Shown here in pieces: positions 26,113 through 39,210 of a stretch of DNA of 48,756 nt. A program made the translations under genes and the position numbers. Source of the stretch: Malacoraja senta (Eukaryota); NCBI GenBank assembly GCA_038087875.1, contig JAXLNO010005853.1:186001-234756 (forward strand), read 5' to 3'. The notes under the pieces are model-generated. The model was not told the DNA's origin. It ran no database searches and was given only the letters and a program-made list of their open reading frames with translations. How positions within the stretch are numbered: the stretch's first letter is position 1; every line of letters begins with the position of its first letter.

Positions 26113-26462
26113 CTGGAAAGGACACAAATTTACTGCACAACTTCATCGCCTTGCTATCTTAACCTCACAATCCCAACCCCTGAACTACTATCTCCCTCTT
26201 TGGTGACCCTCGGACTGTCCTTGATCAGACTTTGTTGACTTTACTTTCACTAAACGTTATTCCCATATCATGTATCGATACACTGTAAATGGCTCGATTG
26301 TAATCATGCATTGTCTTTCTGCTGACTGGATGGCACGCAACAAAAGCTTTTCACTGTACCTCGGTACACGTGACACTAAACTAAACTGTAACTGTCCATC
26401 AGTCTCTCTCCCCCCATCCCTAGCCCTGACAGCCCAATCTCTCCCCTCTCCTATCACCCTAC

Positions 26463-26519
26463 TCCCTTTTTCTGCAGTTTTACTTCCCTGCAGGTGGAAA
26501 ATAGAATATTGACAAGAAC
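26463..26519 (-). CDS. Possible optional cytoplasmic exon (GSCQYSIFHLQGSKTAEKG)
   Basis: Acceptor cgtaccttcag|GT and a weak donor A|gtaggg. 57 nt, phase 1-1, open. Not needed for the gene model. Confidence 0.3.
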
Positions 26520-26689
26520 CTGAAGGTACGAATCTTGGGACTGGCAGTGTTTTGCTGCTCACCATGTGTTCACTGTTCCCTACACATGAGGGGGTTATTT
26601 GATTGGCAGGTGGGTTGAACAGTGGCCAGAGGTGAAAGACTGAAGGTGTGAGATAAGGATACATGTGAATTGTGAAGCCAGAAGAATGA

Positions 26690-27170
26690 ATGTGGGTGGA
26701 AGGGGAGGGGAGGGATTAAAATGGGTGCTCGTCCCGATGGGGCACAGAGAAGAGAGAGGTGGGGTGGGAAGTGGGTGGGGAGAAGTGGAGATGGGTTTTG
26801 CTGGTTAGTTACCTAAAATTGGAGAATTCAATGTTCATACCGTTAGGTTGTAAATGACCCAAGCGGAATATGAAGTGCTGTTTGTGTATGGTATCACTTT
26901 GACAATGGAGGACAGGGAGGTTAGGATGGGAATGGGAAGGGGAGTTAAAATGTATAGCAACAGAGAGATCCAGCAGGTCTTGTTGCACAGAGTTTGTGTT
27001 CAGTGGAACGGTCGCCGAAGCTATATTTGGTCTCGCCAATGTAAAGGAGGCCACATCAGGTGCAGTAGATGAGGTTGGAGGAGGTGCAGGCGAACCTCTG
27101 TCTCACCTGGAAGGACTGCTAGGGGTTCCTGGATGGATGTAAGGGAGGAGATGTAGGTTGTGGTTGCAAG
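26690..27170 (-). mobile_element. Penelope-like remnant
   Basis: HFNSPSHS...HCQS..HFIFRLGHLQPNGMNIEFSNFR, the PLE C-terminus. Confidence 0.75.
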
Positions 27171-28114
27171 GGAAAGTTTCACTCCTATATTCCTTAAAGA
27201 GGATGATGATTGGACTTTTTGGCCATCCATCACAGTGAGGAATGTAGGGAATCTGCTGTGGTGGACTTTTATATAATTGTGTGTCTTGTATGGCTGTATG
27301 GTAATTTGCATATCACTGTACCTTAATTGGTACATGTGACAATAAAAGACCTTTGTAAGCTTTGAATACAAGTTGAAAGCAAGAATCAACCACAGCTCTG
27401 CTTTTCAATGACATCATGACTGATATTCCACCTGTGCTAAACGTTCACCCCTGTGCTCATCAAGACCATGAAAAGTCTGACGAAGGTGTGTCCAGCACAA
27501 ATGTTGGTGTTTTCTCTTTTCACAGAGGTTGCCTGACCTGTTGTGGGTTTCCAGATATTTCTGTTTCCAGATATTCTCCATCTATCTCTGGCTCAAAATA
27601 TTCAAAACTCAATCTTTTGAGGAAGAGAGTTCCAAAGACCGTTGATCTAAGAAACTAAAATCAAGTCATCCTAAAATGGATGACCCTTACTTGTGAACAG
27701 TAACTCTTCATTCCAGGTTTGCTCACAAGAGCAAACATCTTCTCAAATCCATTCTGCAAAGATGCTTTGGGAGCTTAGTCAAGTTTGTTCTCACTCTAAT
27801 GCCTCCAATTTGTACATCCATGATACTGCATGTTCCCCCAGCCCCACTCCAAACACTTCTGCTGCTGAAACCCATGTCCCTATCTTCAATCGTTCCAGCC
27901 TTGTCACCTCTTACATGAGTTTTAATCTGTACACAACGCTCCATTGACCTCCACTGGCTCCAGCTCGGGGGCATCTCAGTGTGAAGATTCCCTTTTCCCA
28001 TTGTCTGTAAGCTGGTCCACTTTGCTAATCTTGGGATCTCTACCTTCTCCAGCTTGCCTCAGAAACATCCCCTCTTTGTTTCTCAGATCAATAGGAGCTC
28101 CCTTCCTTAACGAC

Positions 28115-28510
28115 AGTGGCGGCACAGTGGCGCAGCTGGTAAAATGTACAAACTCCACACTGATATCATCCAAGGTTTGGATCGAACATGGGTCTCAAGC
28201 GCTGTGTGGCAGCAGCTCTGCCAGCTGCACCACAACACAGCACCAGAGATCTTGGTTCAATCCTGAGTTTGGGTGCTTTTGGTATAGAGTCTGTGTTTGT
28301 CCCCGTGAATGATTGGGTTAACGCCGGCTGTTCCAGTTTCCTCCACCACCTCATAGATATGCGGGTTAATTGGACTCTGTAAAATTGCCCCTAAGATCCA
28401 GGGAGAAGATGAGAAAGAGGGTTGATATAGAATTAGTGTGAACGTATGATCAATGGTTGGCATGCTCAGTGGGCGGAAGATCCTATTTCCATGCTGTATC
28501 CATAAAATTA
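28115..28510 (+). mobile_element. V-SINE
   Basis: cagtggcgcagctggta head, gggttaattgg V-domain remnant, tail tatttccatgctgtatc. Confidence 0.65.
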
Positions 28511-28628
28511 CAACTTTTAGCCACTCTGCCACAGGAGCTGGATCATGAAAGCTGGCATTTACTTCCTGCATCTCTTCTTCCTGGTTACCTCTGAGCAAAT
28601 TCCAAATGGTAACCATCACTGCACTCAC

Positions 28629-28745
28629 CAACGTTCCTGTCCAATTCTCCTGGTGTTGGAACTGCCTGGGTGGCTGCCCTGTTTCTTGTCTCTGTGTTTA
28701 AATCAATAACACTGTAAATAGGGTCCACTTCAGGCTCCTGTGAAC
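28629..28745 (-). CDS. Cytoplasmic exon 2 with ITIM-like PIYSVI
   Basis: Acceptor ttttttgtgtctttgacag|GT, donor G|gtgagt. 117 nt, phase 1-1. Translation GSQEPEVDPIYSVIDLNTETRNRAATQAVPTPGELDRNV. Confidence 0.8.
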
Positions 28746-30036
28746 CTGTCAAAGACACAAAAAAGCAATGCGTATTTTAATGGAGAAATTAGAGCTCCCA
28801 AACTGTCCACCCCATCCCCTCCCACAGGGTCAAAACTGTAGATAAAATGGAAGGGAATCCTGGAGTAATCCCAAAATGCTGAACTTTCCAACCCTATCCT
28901 CAGGGGTGGTGGAGGGTTACATAGATGATGTTCTTTGTGCAAACCTATGAGATACATTAATCAGGTATTGTTACTTTGGGAATAATAGGATCAATTCCGA
29001 ATTACATTGGCCTTTCAAAACCAAAGCTGGTATATTAGGTATAATATTTTTCTCCTTACCCCAAAAGGCAATGTACAGGCAATTCCGCTATACCACGAAT
29101 GCCGCATTCTTAAGGAACATCTTATTGTAGAAAATTACATTCTGAATATAGTTGTGCCAATGAGAAAAAGGACGTAAGGGGCTAGTGATTATGAGACTTG
29201 CAATAACAATGTTATTTCTCCCACTGTTTTTTTTAAAACAAATATCTTTTCTATAGCTCCGAGTTTATTTTTGTAGCTGCAATCTACAAATACTGATGGC
29301 TCAATGTAACATTGTTTATTAGAGAATCACTGCACAAACGTCAATTGAAATGATTGCCTGGCCACCCATGACGATCTGTATTCATAAGAGACAGTGGTAA
29401 CTGATTACTGCAGGGTTACATGAACATGTTTTTATCCCCAGGTTGTTTTTTCTAAGATCGCTTTTTTCCTGCTTTCCAATGTAACTTTTAACTGGATCTA
29501 TAGTTCCTGATAGAGATTACCTTTTAACCAATTCAGGCTGCATAATAGCATTACCTAATTCAGCAATCGTGTTGTAGCCAATTTGCGATTTCAAAACCTA
29601 TGTTGAGCAGAACTACCTGTACTTACTTTGCAGGTTGAGCAGCAAAAGTTCATGAGGCTGGTTTCTGGGATGACAAAGAGATTAAATAGGTTGGACCTTC
29701 AATCTTTAGAGTTAAGGACAGGTGTCCAATACAAAATACTTCCAGTAGGTTTGACAGTGTAGATTAATTCCCATGACTGAGGAATCCGGAATCTTAGTGC
29801 AAGCCCTGGGCCTTGAGGCGAGTCTTTTAAGTATTAATATTCCACTTGAACACACAACACGATCTGCTCTGAGAGGGATTGTCTTTGCTGATCTAATTGG
29901 GAGGCTATGGGAGTTAGGGAATGAGGGTAGGTGGTAGCGACAATTGAAAGGCCAGTTATTAAATGTGGGTTTGAGCTCTGCTTTTCCAAAGAATGTCCTC
30001 AATGTGAAAGGAAGTTTTGGCAGATTCCCCTATTAC

Positions 30037-30108
30037 CTGGCTCTGGTCCTTGTGGTTTCCGACCATTGGCCACGCTGGCATCAACACAACACATACGCTG
30101 CTGTGAAC
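30037..30108 (-). CDS. Cytoplasmic exon 1 (GSQQRMCCVDASVANGRKPQGPEP)
   Basis: Acceptor ctttcctgtgtctttgacag|GT, donor G|gtaata. 72 nt, phase 1-1, in frame with the TM exon. Confidence 0.7.
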
Positions 30109-31019
30109 CTGTCAAAGACACAGGAAAGTATTCTGTCAGAATTCCCTCTCGATACCTCTCCCACTCTCCTCCTTTAACACACTTCTCTACTCTCAGCTCT
30201 AACCCATCTGGGCCTCCTAATTCCCTGCTCGAGTTCTTTCCTTTCATAATCTTCTTTAAAGACCCTATCCAATTTCAGTTCCTTTAACTTTGCATATGCA
30301 TCCTTTTCCTTAGAGACTAAATTTACAGCCACTCATCATTAAATCACTCTCACTTCCTGATGCAAACTTGCCCAATAGCAGCTGCTCCCTTAACTACTTT
30401 CCCCAGTAAAAAAACAAAGTGCTGGAGAGATTCAGAGGACCACGCAGGCTCTGTGGAGAGAAATGGATAGATAATGTTTTGGGTCAGGATCCTTCATCAG
30501 ATTGATGGAGTAGAGGGGAGAAAGCTGGCAAGGATAGTTGAAGGAGATCGGGTGTGGCAAAAACTGACAAATGTTGGTAGATTCAGAAGAGGGTTGAGTG
30601 GCAGATGGGTGGAGTTTGTAACAAAGGATTGAGATAAAATGAAGACAAAGCTGTGCAGATGTAGAATCAAATGAGGAAGAAGACTGTGGAATATAAAACC
30701 AAAGGGCAGGATGTGTGTCTCAGTGGGCCTCCTTGTGTTCCAGTGTTGAACACTATTCAGTACCAATCCTACCCTACCCCAGGATGTTCTGTTGTATTAA
30801 TAATGCCACGTGCTTGCTCAGTAGATTAACAAAATGTTTGGCATTTCTCCAACAACACGAGGCAATTTCTACAAATGCACCATTGAAAACAAGACAAAGT
30901 GCTGGAGTAATTTAGCAAGTCAGGCAGCATCCCTGGAGAACGTGGATAGGTGACGTTTAGGGTCGGGACCCTTCATCAGACTGATCGGAATACTGTCCGG
31001 ATGCTTCACAGCTTGGGAA

Positions 31020-31300
31020 CAGCTCCTCAAGACTGTAAGAAATTTCAGAGTTGTGGATGTAGTTGAGCCCATCACACAGACCACACTGGTTTCCTCCCAC
31101 ACAGACCACACTTCCCACTATTGACTCCATCTGCATTTCACGCTGCCTTAGGAAAGCAGTCAACCTAATCAAGGATCATTTTCACCTCGGTCATCCCCTC
31201 TTCTCCCCTCTCCTGTTGGGCAGAAGATACATAAGCTTAAAGACACAATCCACCAGATTCAGGAACAGCTTCTTCCTCCTCTTTTGTCAGACTACTGAAT
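31020..31300 (+). mobile_element. Rex1/Babar-like LINE 3' fragment
   Basis: TLPTIDSICISRCLRKAVNLIKDHFHLGHPLFSPLLLGRRYISLKTQSTRFRNSFF. Confidence 0.75.
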
Positions 31301-31423
31301 AGTCCTCCCACAAACTAAGGTGTAGTCCCGATCTTCCAACTTACTTCAGTGCAACCCATGCATTTTTTCTCTTTTTATCTGAACTTTTTCTGGAGCTGTA
31401 ACACTGTAATGAAGTAACTACAG

Positions 31424-31670
31424 ATGGCTCAGTGGCACAGCAGTAGAGTTGCTGCCTTACTGCACCAGAGAACCGGGTTTGATCCTGACTATGGGTGCTG
31501 TCTGTATGGAGTTTGTATGTTCTCCCTGTAACCACTTAGGTTTTCTCTGAGTGCTCTGGTTTCCTCCCACACACTATAGACACAAGTATTAATGATACAG
31601 GGTGCTCGCTGGTCGGCGCAGACATGGTGGGCCAAAGGACCTGTTTCCACGCTGTATCTCTACTAAAGTC
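31424..31670 (+). mobile_element. V-SINE
   Basis: cagtggcacagcagtagag head, gggtttgatcc B-box, V-domain, tail gggccaaaggacctgtttcc. Confidence 0.8.
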
Positions 31671-33304
31671 TAAAACACAATATTATGTACTCTGCTATTT
31701 TTCTCTTTACACTACCTGTTGTACTTGTATATGGATTGATTGTACTCATGTATAGTATGATTAGGTTTGACCAAATAACATGCAAACAAAGATTTTTACT
31801 GTATCACAGTAGAAGTGACTATAATAATAAATTAATACATGAATGCAAGCATTTGTTGCTGTTGTACAAATCTAAGGACCTAATCAAGAATCTATTAATC
31901 TCCACTTTAAATTTTCCACTGACTTGACCTCCACTGTTGCCTGTGGCATTGAATTCCATAGATTCATCAGTCTCTGGCTAAAAAAAAAAATTGTCCTCAT
32001 CTCCATTCTAAAGGTTCATCCTTTTATTCTGAGGCTGTGCCCTCTGGTCCTGGACTCTCTCACTGCTGGTAACATCCTCTCCATGCCCACATGTCCTTTT
32101 GATAGCATAGAGACCAAGGACCTATACATTTACACCTGAGTTCATATCTTCTTGCATTAAAGGCCAACATTACATTTGTTTTCTGAAATCCACACGTTTA
32201 ATACATAAAGTGAGTTATCTGTCAACAGGTATTCCCCAATCCGTCACCACTATAACAGCATTGAAGTTTGCCACCTTTTTTTTACTGAAGTGGATTATCT
32301 CACATTTTCACACATTCCCATGTTGTTTCCCAACTCACTTGGCTTGTCAATATATTCTCTTCAAACCTTGAGCCATCACATTCCCACTCAGTTTCACATC
32401 ATCTGCAAACTGGTCCACGATTGAATCAGAAAGCTCAGAACCTTTTTCAAATGATACCCAAGCATTTGAAGAACAGCGAGGATCTAAGGACAGAATCACA
32501 GCCGGACCTTCCCACAAATTCATCAGAGGGCAAGGGCAATGAATACCTTATCTCAGGACTGTATTATTAAGAACAGGAAATTCTGACCCTGTTATACCCA
32601 AGTCACCATGGACAAGGTCTGTCAGGGTAACAATGGTGAGGGCAGACTTGACCCTTCAAGGGGTACAGCCCCAGTCCACCAGAACTGAAGATTTAACGTT
32701 GGCACACGATGTCTGTGCCGACCACAATGCCAAATTAAACTAATCGCTTCTCTCTGCACATGGTTGATCTCTTTCCATTCCATGCATATTTACGTGTATA
32801 AATGCTCTTTAAACATTGCTATCGTGTCAGCTTCCACACCTCCCCTGGTTGCACGTTCCAAGCATCTACCATTCTGAACAAATGGCACCTCTTAAATCTC
32901 CTTTAAAAACTTTCCTATTCTCACCTTAACCCATGCTCTCTAGTTTTTGACATCTCAACTCTGGGGAAAAAGACTAACTACTCTTTCTATGTGTCTCAGA
33001 ATTTGACATTCTTTGATCAGTTCACCCCTCAGCATCAGATGTTCCAGAGAAAAACAATCCAACCTGTCCTTACAGTTAAAATCTTCTAATCCAGCCAGTA
33101 TTCTGTAACCCTCTGCACCCTCTCCAAAGTGTCCAAATCCTTCCTGAAATGTGGTGACCAGAACTGAACAAAATACTCCAAATGTGGCCTAACCAGGGAT
33201 GACTGGCCTCCTGTTCGCAGTTCCAACCTACAATATTTGAAAAAGCCACCAGTCCCAAGAACACCCACAACAGCCCACAATGTAGTTGTCATTGGCAAAC
33301 TCAC

Positions 33305-33679
33305 CTTTTTTCAAAGACATGAGAGCAAATACAATCACAAGGAGGACAATAGCCAATATGGGTAATCCAAAGTAGAGGCCTAGGTTCAACGGTCTCCCAT
33401 CATTGGGTAAGCTGATCTCACGCGTGTCTATCTGGTGTTCATTCACAGCCACACACGTGTATTTCCCTGGCAGCCTGGGGTGAAGCAGCTTTCCCACAGT
33501 CAGTAGTTTCTCTGGATCATGCGTGACTGTCATCTCACTACTGTTCCCGGGCAGTGCGCTGTTCCCTGGGCCGATCCACGTGATGTTTGCAGGGGGCTTC
33601 CCTTCAGCCCTGCACACGAGGGTGTGTTCTCCAGTTACATTGTCGTTCACAACAGACAGCTCCAGGATGGTGGCTGGGA
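33305..33679 (-). CDS. Ig C2-set domain plus transmembrane exon
   Basis: 375-nt exon, phase 1-1. Acceptor ttccttctccaag|TC, donor G|gtgagt. Translation (V)[10 protein letters not shown]...[18 protein letters not shown]...GKYTCVAVN, then hydrophobic [24 protein letters not shown] and KK stop-transfer. From memory this resembles the Siglec-15 C2 motif (LCTAEGEPPPALAWSGP...GRYTC). Confidence 0.92.
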
Positions 33680-34335
33680 CTTGGAGAAGGAAAAGATACA
33701 GTTAAATTCATTGAATTAAGCACTGTTGATTGTGTGTGCGGATAGAGTCCATCTGAATGGGGATTGGAAGGACACATCTAGGAGACTGCAGTGAAATATT
33801 TGCAGATATGATAGTGTCTTTGAGAAGCACATGGATCTACAGGGAATGGAGGGATATGGATCATGTGTCGGCAGATGACATTAGTTTAACTTACAGTACC
33901 ATTATGTTCTGCACAGATATTGAGGGCCAAAGGGCCTGTTCCTGTGCTGTACTGTTCTATGTAATATTCAGTGAGAGAACATACAGGTTCCCGGAGTCGA
34001 TGTGAATGAAAGAGACGGATGCAAATACCCCAGGGCAGTCTGTAGATCTTTGCAACACAGACCATGCCACAGACACAGGGACTGGAGGTTCAGCAGGTGA
34101 ATGTGGTTCTGAATCTCTGATCCTGCTGCAGGGAGCTCTGTGCATCCTGGGTGGAATCAGCACTGTTTTCCAACCACTAGGGGCAGTGCTGAGCAAGGGA
34201 AGCCCAGGGCAAGGAATGGAACCTACAATGGATTGGGCCGATCTCGGCTCCAGCTGTCAGTGGATCTCATGTCCTCTTACAGTTGTTAATGTGATTTTAT
34301 CGTTCACAGCACAACACAGACTGATCTTTCCTTAC

Positions 34336-34698
34336 CCACAACCTCCAGTTTCGTCTCATCCTGAGTCACCGTCTCCTGTGTGGAATTCCTGACCCAAACG
34401 TAACAGAAATAGTCACTGCTGTCGTTCAGTCTGAGCTCCTTCACTCTGATAGAGGCGTCTCCCTGGTCTAGTTTTCCCACCAGCTTATATCGACCTCCTC
34501 CCTTTACAGTGACAGTGTAGGGAGGGTTCACAGAGTGGGGGTGAGTGTGATTAAAGACTGTGGACTCTTCCCGTGGATTCCCCTTCATCCAGCAGACAGT
34601 GATGGGGCTGGGATTCTTGTTCAAGTTGCTGAAGAAGCAGGGCAGTGTGGCTGAATCTCTTCTCTTCCCAATCACCATGGATGTGTTCTTCTTTCCAT
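34336..34698 (-). CDS. Ig V-set exon V1 (membrane-proximal V)
   Basis: Open 363-nt exon, phase 1-1. Acceptor ttttctctatacaag|AT, donor G|gtaagg. Translation includes ATLPC, CWMKG, RYKLVGKLDQGDASIRV and YFCYVW. Confidence 0.92.
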
Positions 34699-34930
34699 CT
34701 TGTATAGAGAAAAGTTGTATTTAACAATCTATTCAACATGGTTTATAAAAATACATCATCCATGCCTGTGACTTTGATTCTCCATCCCACTCCCACTCTG
34801 ATCTGTCTGTCTCAGACCTCCTGCACTGTTCTAACGAGGCCCAATCTCAAGTAACAACACCTCATCTTCTGTCTGGGCAGCATGAAGCCTTTGTGCTAAC
34901 ATTTAAAGCAACAATTTTAATAACTTGCTT

Positions 34931-35339
34931 AAGAGCCAGTCCATCATACGCGAATTTGTAGGTGACTACAGGCGACTGGGTAGTCACCACACGGTCGCCG
35001 GGTGTCACCTGTATGGTTGTGAGTCGTCTCCTTAAGTCGCCCAAAGAGTCGTAGCATTTTTCTGGTCACCGCTGCATTTTGAAATGGTGAAAACTTTTCG
35101 GCAACACTCGGCGACCTTGGGCTTGTCGTAGCTTGTCTTCTCCTGACGTAGGTGCTGTCGTAGGTTGTCGCCAGGATAATGTAGGTTGTCGCCAGGATAA
35201 CGTAGGTTGTCGCCGGTGCTGACCTCGGTGAATTCAATTGGCGACTACCTACGTCAACCTACATCAACCGGCGACAGGTACCGGCGTCAAGAGAAGTCTT
35301 CAGTTGTCTTCAGTTGTCACCAAAGTGGGACAGGCCCTT
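34931..35339. mobile_element. Non-autonomous DNA transposon (MITE, Harbinger/PIF-like)
   Basis: Imperfect TIRs (aagagccagtcc / gggacaggccctt), CpG-rich interior with gtcgcc repeats and a 21-bp tandem gtaggttgtcgccaggataa. Confidence 0.6.
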
Positions 35340-35619
35340 TACTGTTTGTATAAGAACTGGCCAGAACTGCCTCAGAAGTCAATAGTACCTGACCCATACC
35401 ACCATAACCATAGGCTGATGACAATATCACTGGAGATGCCACAAGACTCCCGTCAACACCAACATTGGAGATGAGACAGTGACGTTCACCTCTGTTCAAA
35501 CATGAGAAAGTGAAGCCAATTGCAAGAGTACAGTCCACATAAGTGGCAGCTCAAATATCAAACCCACTCATGGGCTGTAGTGTGCTTATTGAAAATGCAA
35601 GAGTATCATGAGGAGGGCA

Positions 35620-36660
35620 GATAAACGTAGAACTGCCGAAAGATTCTGCAATTTTTAATCTAAATACAGATATAGGCAGAGAAATGGCAGATGGAGTTTG
35701 ATCTGAACATGTGTGAAGTGTTGACTTTGGGAGGTTGAATGCAAGTGGAAAGTAGACAACGGCAAGACCCTTAAAACCACTGATGTACAGAAAAATATTG
35801 GGATCCAATTCCATAACTCCCTGAAAATGGCAACATGTTAAAAACGTGTACTGTATTCTTGTTTAATTGGTCAAGGTACTGAATACAAGATGTGTAGGAA
35901 GGAACTGCAGATGCTGGTTAAAACCGAAGATGGACACAAAAAGCTGGAGTAACTCAGCGGGACAGGCAGCATCTCTGGAGAGAAGGATGGGTCACGTTTT
36001 GGGTTGGGAAGAAGATACTCAACCCGAAACGTCATCCATTCCTTCTCTCCAGAGATGCTACATGTCCCGGTAAGTTACTCCAGCTTTTAGTGTCGATCTA
36101 CTGAATACAAGAGTCAGGAAGTCATGTTGTAGCTCTATACAACTTTAGTTACAACACTGGGATTATTGCATTCAGTTTTATGTGCAGTTCTCACCCATTA
36201 CAGGAAGGATGTGGAGAATTTGGAAAGGGTTCAAAAGAGGTTTACCAGAATGCTGCCTGGATTAGAGGGTATTAGTTATATGAAAAGGTCGGACATACTT
36301 GAACTGCTTTCTCTGGACTGTTGAAAGTTTATAAAAATATGAAAGACATGGATAGGAGAGAGAGTCAGAACCTTTTGCCTGTGGCAGAAATGTCAATGAA
36401 TAGACGGCATTGTGATAAGGACAGAGGGGAAAAGATGAAAGGAGATATGTGGGGAAAGTTATTGTTTACACAGAGGGTGGTGGGTGCCAGGAAAATACTG
36501 CTAGGGGTGGAGGTGGAGGCAGCTACGATAGTGGAGTTTTAGAGGCTTTTTGAAATGCAGGTAATGGAAGAAATGTATCACCTGCAGGTAGACGAGATTA
36601 ACGTAGCATCATGTTCGGTACAGACATTGCGGGCCAAAGGGCCTGTTCCTCTGCTGGTCT
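35620..36660 (+). mobile_element. Degraded CR1 3' fragment in the V2-V1 intron
   Basis: gagtttgatctgaacatgtgtgaagtgttgactttggg...gaggtttaccagaatgctgcctggattagag. Interrupted by the 208-bp palindromic insert. Confidence 0.7.
35891..36098 (-). mobile_element. 208-bp palindromic PLE-pLTR-derived insert with 14-bp TSD
   Basis: tactgaatacaaga at 35877-35890 and 36099-36112. About 80-bp inverted arms. Confidence 0.88.
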
Positions 36661-36740
36661 ACGCTGTCACTGGGAGCTCATTCCTCTTAAGGTTGTTCAA
36701 TATGATATTATCGTTTACAGCATAACATACGTTTCCTTAC

Positions 36741-37103
36741 CCACAACCTGCAGTTTCATCTCATCCTGAGTCACAGTCGTCAACATTGAAGTCCTGACAT
36801 AAACATGACAGGAGTAATCACTGGCGTCACCCTGTTTGAGTCCCTTCACTCTGATGGAGGCATCTCCCTGCTCAAGGTTTCCCACCAGCTCATATCGATC
36901 TTCTTCATTTACATTTTCAGGAATGCGATGTGCTGCTGGGCGGGGAGAATTGTGACGAAAGACAACAGACCATTTTGGTGGATTCCCCTTCATCCAGCTG
37001 ATGGTGATGGAGCTGGGATTCCTGTTTGAGGCACTGAAGGAGCAGGGCAGTGTGGCAGTCGCACCCTTCCTTCCAATCACTATGGATGCTCTGTCATTAT
37101 CAC
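36741..37103 (-). CDS. Ig V-set exon V2
   Basis: Open 363-nt exon, phase 1-1. Acceptor ctctatgcaag|GT, donor G|gtaagg. Translation includes ATLPC, SWMKG, RYELVGNLEQGDASIRV and YSCHVY. Paralogous to V1 and V3. Confidence 0.92.
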
Positions 37104-37464
37104 CTTGCATAGAGAAGAGTTTTAAAGTGTGAATATGATTTAATATTTGAATACAATAACCACACGGTCTTTATCAATACTTCATCCACGCTTGTGACTT
37201 GGATTTTCCATCCCATTCTCACTCTGATCCATCTGTTCCTGACCTCCTGCACTATTCTAATAAGGGCCAATCTCAAGTAAAGACATCACAGCTTCAGTCT
37301 GGACAAGATGGAGCCTTGACCTTGAAGACCAGGAACCGGAGAGGAGGATGGAGGGTGACTAAAGGAGCGGTTAACTGAATTAGGAGGGGTGTGGGGGGGG
37401 GGGGGGGGGGGGGGAGTAGGGGTCTTAGGGTCTGCACCCGAAGCTCATCTGAGGGAGGCACGGT

Positions 37465-38745
37465 TCATAGGATCTTACGCGATAGGAGTAGAATTAGACC
37501 ATTCGGCCCATTAAGTCTACTCCGCCATTCAATCGTGGCTGATCTATCGTTCCTAACTCAATTCTCCTGCCTTCTCATAACCTCTGACACCTGCACTAAT
37601 CAGGAATCTATTTATCTCTGCCTTAAATATATCCACTGACTTTGTCTCCACAGCCTTCTGTGGCAAAGAATTCCATAGATTCAACCCACTCCGACGAAAG
37701 AAATTCCACCTCATCTCCTTCCTAAAAGAACGTCCTTTAATGCTGAGGCTAAAACTTCTCATCTTAGACTCTCCCACTAGTGGAAACATCCTCCCCACAT
37801 CCAAGCCTTTCACTATTCTGTCTGTTTCAATGAGGTCCCCCCTCATTCTTCTAAACTCCAGTGAACATAGGCCCAGTGCTGTCAAATATTCATCTGATGT
37901 TAACCTACAAGATGGAGGTCGGAGGGGAGAGTGGACGCTGGCGCGGTTTCGTTGCCGCTGCTCTCTCCTCAAATTGTGCTTCTGATTTTCTTTTTTGTGT
38001 TTTTGGAAGGAATTCTGTCCCTGATTTGTGTATTGGTCTTTATAACTTATTTTTAAAATTCTGATTATATGTTTCCTATAAATCTCTGTAAGGTGTCCTT
38101 GAGACCTCGGTATAAGGCGCCCATAAATAAAATTCATTATTATTATTATTACTCATTCCTGGGATCATTCTTGTGAACCTCCTCTGGACCCTCTCCAGAG
38201 CCAGCACATCCTTCCTCAGATATGGTGCCTAAAATTGCTCACAATATTCCAAATGTGACCTGACCAGCGCCTGAAAGAGTCTCAGCATTACATCCCTACT
38301 TTAGTATATAAGACCTCTTGAAATAAATGCTAGCATTGCGTTTGCTTTCTTTACAACTGATTCGACTTGCAGATTAACTTTTTGGGAAACCTGCACCAGC
38401 ATTCCCAAGTCGCCTTGCACCTCCGATTTCTGGAGTCTCTCTCCATTTAGAAAATAATCAACGCCTTTAATCCTATTAGCAAAATACATGACTCCACACT
38501 TTTCCACACTTTTCCGTCTGCCACTTCTCTGCCCACTCTCCAAACCTATCCAAGTTCTTCTGCAGAGTCCCTGCTTTCTCTGCACTACCTGCCCCTCCAC
38601 CTATTTTCGTATTATCCGCAAACTTAGCCACAAAGCCTTCAATCCCCTCATCCAAATCATTAATATACAGCGTGAAGAGCAGCGGCCCCAGCACCGAGCC
38701 CTGCGGAACTCTGCTAGTAACTGGCAGCCAACCAGAAAAGGCCTG
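37465..38745 (-). mobile_element. CR1 LINE 3' fragment, interrupted by a short (ATT)n-tailed insertion at about 37905-38150
   Basis: [22 protein letters not shown]...FADN and CR1 C-terminal motifs in ORFs 38476-38826, 38301-38600 and 37553-38137. Confidence 0.88.
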
Positions 38746-39182
38746 GGTAACCGATTTAGGAGTGGTGGGGGGTTTTAACTTCCGCGCCTTAATCACATCT
38801 GCGGGAGGAACCCCCCCACCGCACACCTCCCCTGGGGAAGAAGGGCTGAAGAGGGCTGTGCAAGGTGAGGGTCAACATTCCAGGACAACTGGAATGGAGG
38901 CGGCGGATGCAATGGGCCTCTGTGGCCACTGCATCGAGGACTGTAAAATGGTTCAAAATGGCAACTGTTGCCCAGACTCAGTGGGTTCTTCTGTACATTA
39001 TGTACTAACCGGGGGGATTGTGCTTATTGATGTAAGGTGATATTCTTACTGATCTGTATGCAAAAATGTATTTCACTGTAATTGGTACATGTGATAATAA
39101 AGAAACCATTGAACTGAAAATAGACACACAATACTGGAGTAATTCAGCGGGCAGGCAGCATCTCTGGATAGAATGAATGGGT

Positions 39183-39210
39183 GACGTTTCGGGTCGTGAC
39201 TCTTCTTCAG
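39183..39210 (-). ncRNA. Minimal type I hammerhead ribozyme motif, core intact
   Basis: Minus strand CTGAAGA-A-GAGTC-AC-GACCC-GAAAC-GTC = CUGANGA / stem II / GAAA / GUC. Confidence 0.6.

Noticed and set aside
27691-27753. 63-nt exon-like segment with good AG/GT sites
   Set aside because: Open only in phase 0-0, which is incompatible with the phase-1 tail exons.
23745-37415. Poly-C run near 23745-23766 and poly-G run near 37394-37415
   Set aside because: Simple homopolymers of uncertain length with no supporting context.
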